A stretch of 63,911 bases of DNA, the filler included, from Octopus bimaculoides (taxonomy: Eukaryota), in NCBI RefSeq assembly GCF_001194135.2. It is 8 parts of 8 records of this genome, joined end to end, with 100 filler letters (N's around TTAATTAATTAA, not from the genome) between each part and the next. Parts side by side here need not be neighbours in the genome. Positions count along the whole stretch, not along the records: positions 62,432 to 63,911 come from NW_026403069.1; 7 more parts are not named here. One strand, 5' to 3'. The first letter of the stretch is position 1; the number at the start of each line of letters is the position of its first letter. Under the pieces are notes generated by a model. The model worked only from the letters and a program-made list of their open reading frames with translations. It did not search any database and was not told the DNA's origin. A program made the position numbers and the translations under genes. Below, piece by piece: positions 63,137 to 63,911 of the stretch.

Positions 63137-63911
63137 GTAAGCTTAAATAATAAACCGCGATAGGTGAACNNNNNNNNNNNNNNNNNNNNNNNNNNNNNNN
63201 NNNNNNNNNNNNNNNNNNNNNNNNNNNNNTGAAACCAATAAAATTTATGAAGCATTAAAGCAGATCTAAGTTTAGTTGTAAATGAAGAAGTAAAACCTTA
63301 TATTAAAAGGAGACCTGGGGGAATTAAAAGTTACTAAATATTCAGAGATGAATGTGTACAGAATAATATCGGTGTCTTCAGAACAGTGGCAAAAGAAAGG
63401 GCAGTCTTAATAAGAAGTTATTGAATTGGTTTTAAGAAGTTATTGAATTAGTTTTAAAGAGATTTGTGTTCAGCATCGAATACATATTTTCGTCTACATA
63501 ATGGTATCTCCATACACGCACGCACACACACACACACACANNNNNNNNNNNNNNNNNNNNNNNNNNNNNNNNNNNNNNNNNNNNNNNNNNNNNNNNNNNN
63601 NNNNNNNNNNNNNNNNNNNNNNNNNNNNNNNNNNNNNNNNNNNNNNNNNNNNNNNNNNNNNNNNNNNNNNNNNNNNNNNNNNNNNNNNNNNNNNNNNNNN
63701 NNNNNNNNNNNNNNNNNNNNNNNNNNNNNNNNNNNNNNNNNNNNNNNNNNNNNNNNNNNNNNGGCGTGCAAGACCTTCTTCCACATACATGATATCGGTG
63801 TGTGCGTTTTACGTACAAATATACAAATGAGTTCAATAAATATCTATTGTGTATAAAGCGCGTGGAGTTTGGTACACTTTTACGTCGTAGCTGAAATAGT
63901 TTTCTTATAAT

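Overview
This is a gappy, AT-rich eukaryotic scaffold made mostly of microsatellites, SINEs and decayed transposons. The repeat families look like those of a coleoid cephalopod (Octopus); this is inferred from recalled repeat sequences, not searched. Most ORFs in the supplied track are artefacts of microsatellites or N runs. Two plausible host exons lie on the + strand: a clear LDL-receptor-family YWTD beta-propeller exon (15776-16016) and a less certain 186-nt symmetric exon with an ARM/HEAT-like peptide (62951-63136). Mobile DNA comprises three main tRNA-headed SINE families plus one degenerate fourth copy, RTE 3' tails, L1/Tx1-like, R4/Dong-like and CR1/L2-like LINE fragments, and an internally deleted Gypsy LTR element with both LTRs. 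It also includes a near-complete DD37D (maT) transposon, two other Tc1/mariner fossils, a hAT fossil and two MITEs with 8-bp TSDs. The most interesting observations are: (1) a ~2-kb TSD-bounded retroelement that appears to carry only an ORF1 (HAL1-like), inserted in a SINE head; (2) a repeated hairpin plus H-type pseudoknot module, with covariation, in the RTE 3' UTR; (3) an inverted pair of RTE tails bracketing the LRP-like exon; and (4) a sharply CpG-depleted contig around that exon. All alignments, translations and counts were done by eye, and boundaries marked approximate may be off by tens of bases.
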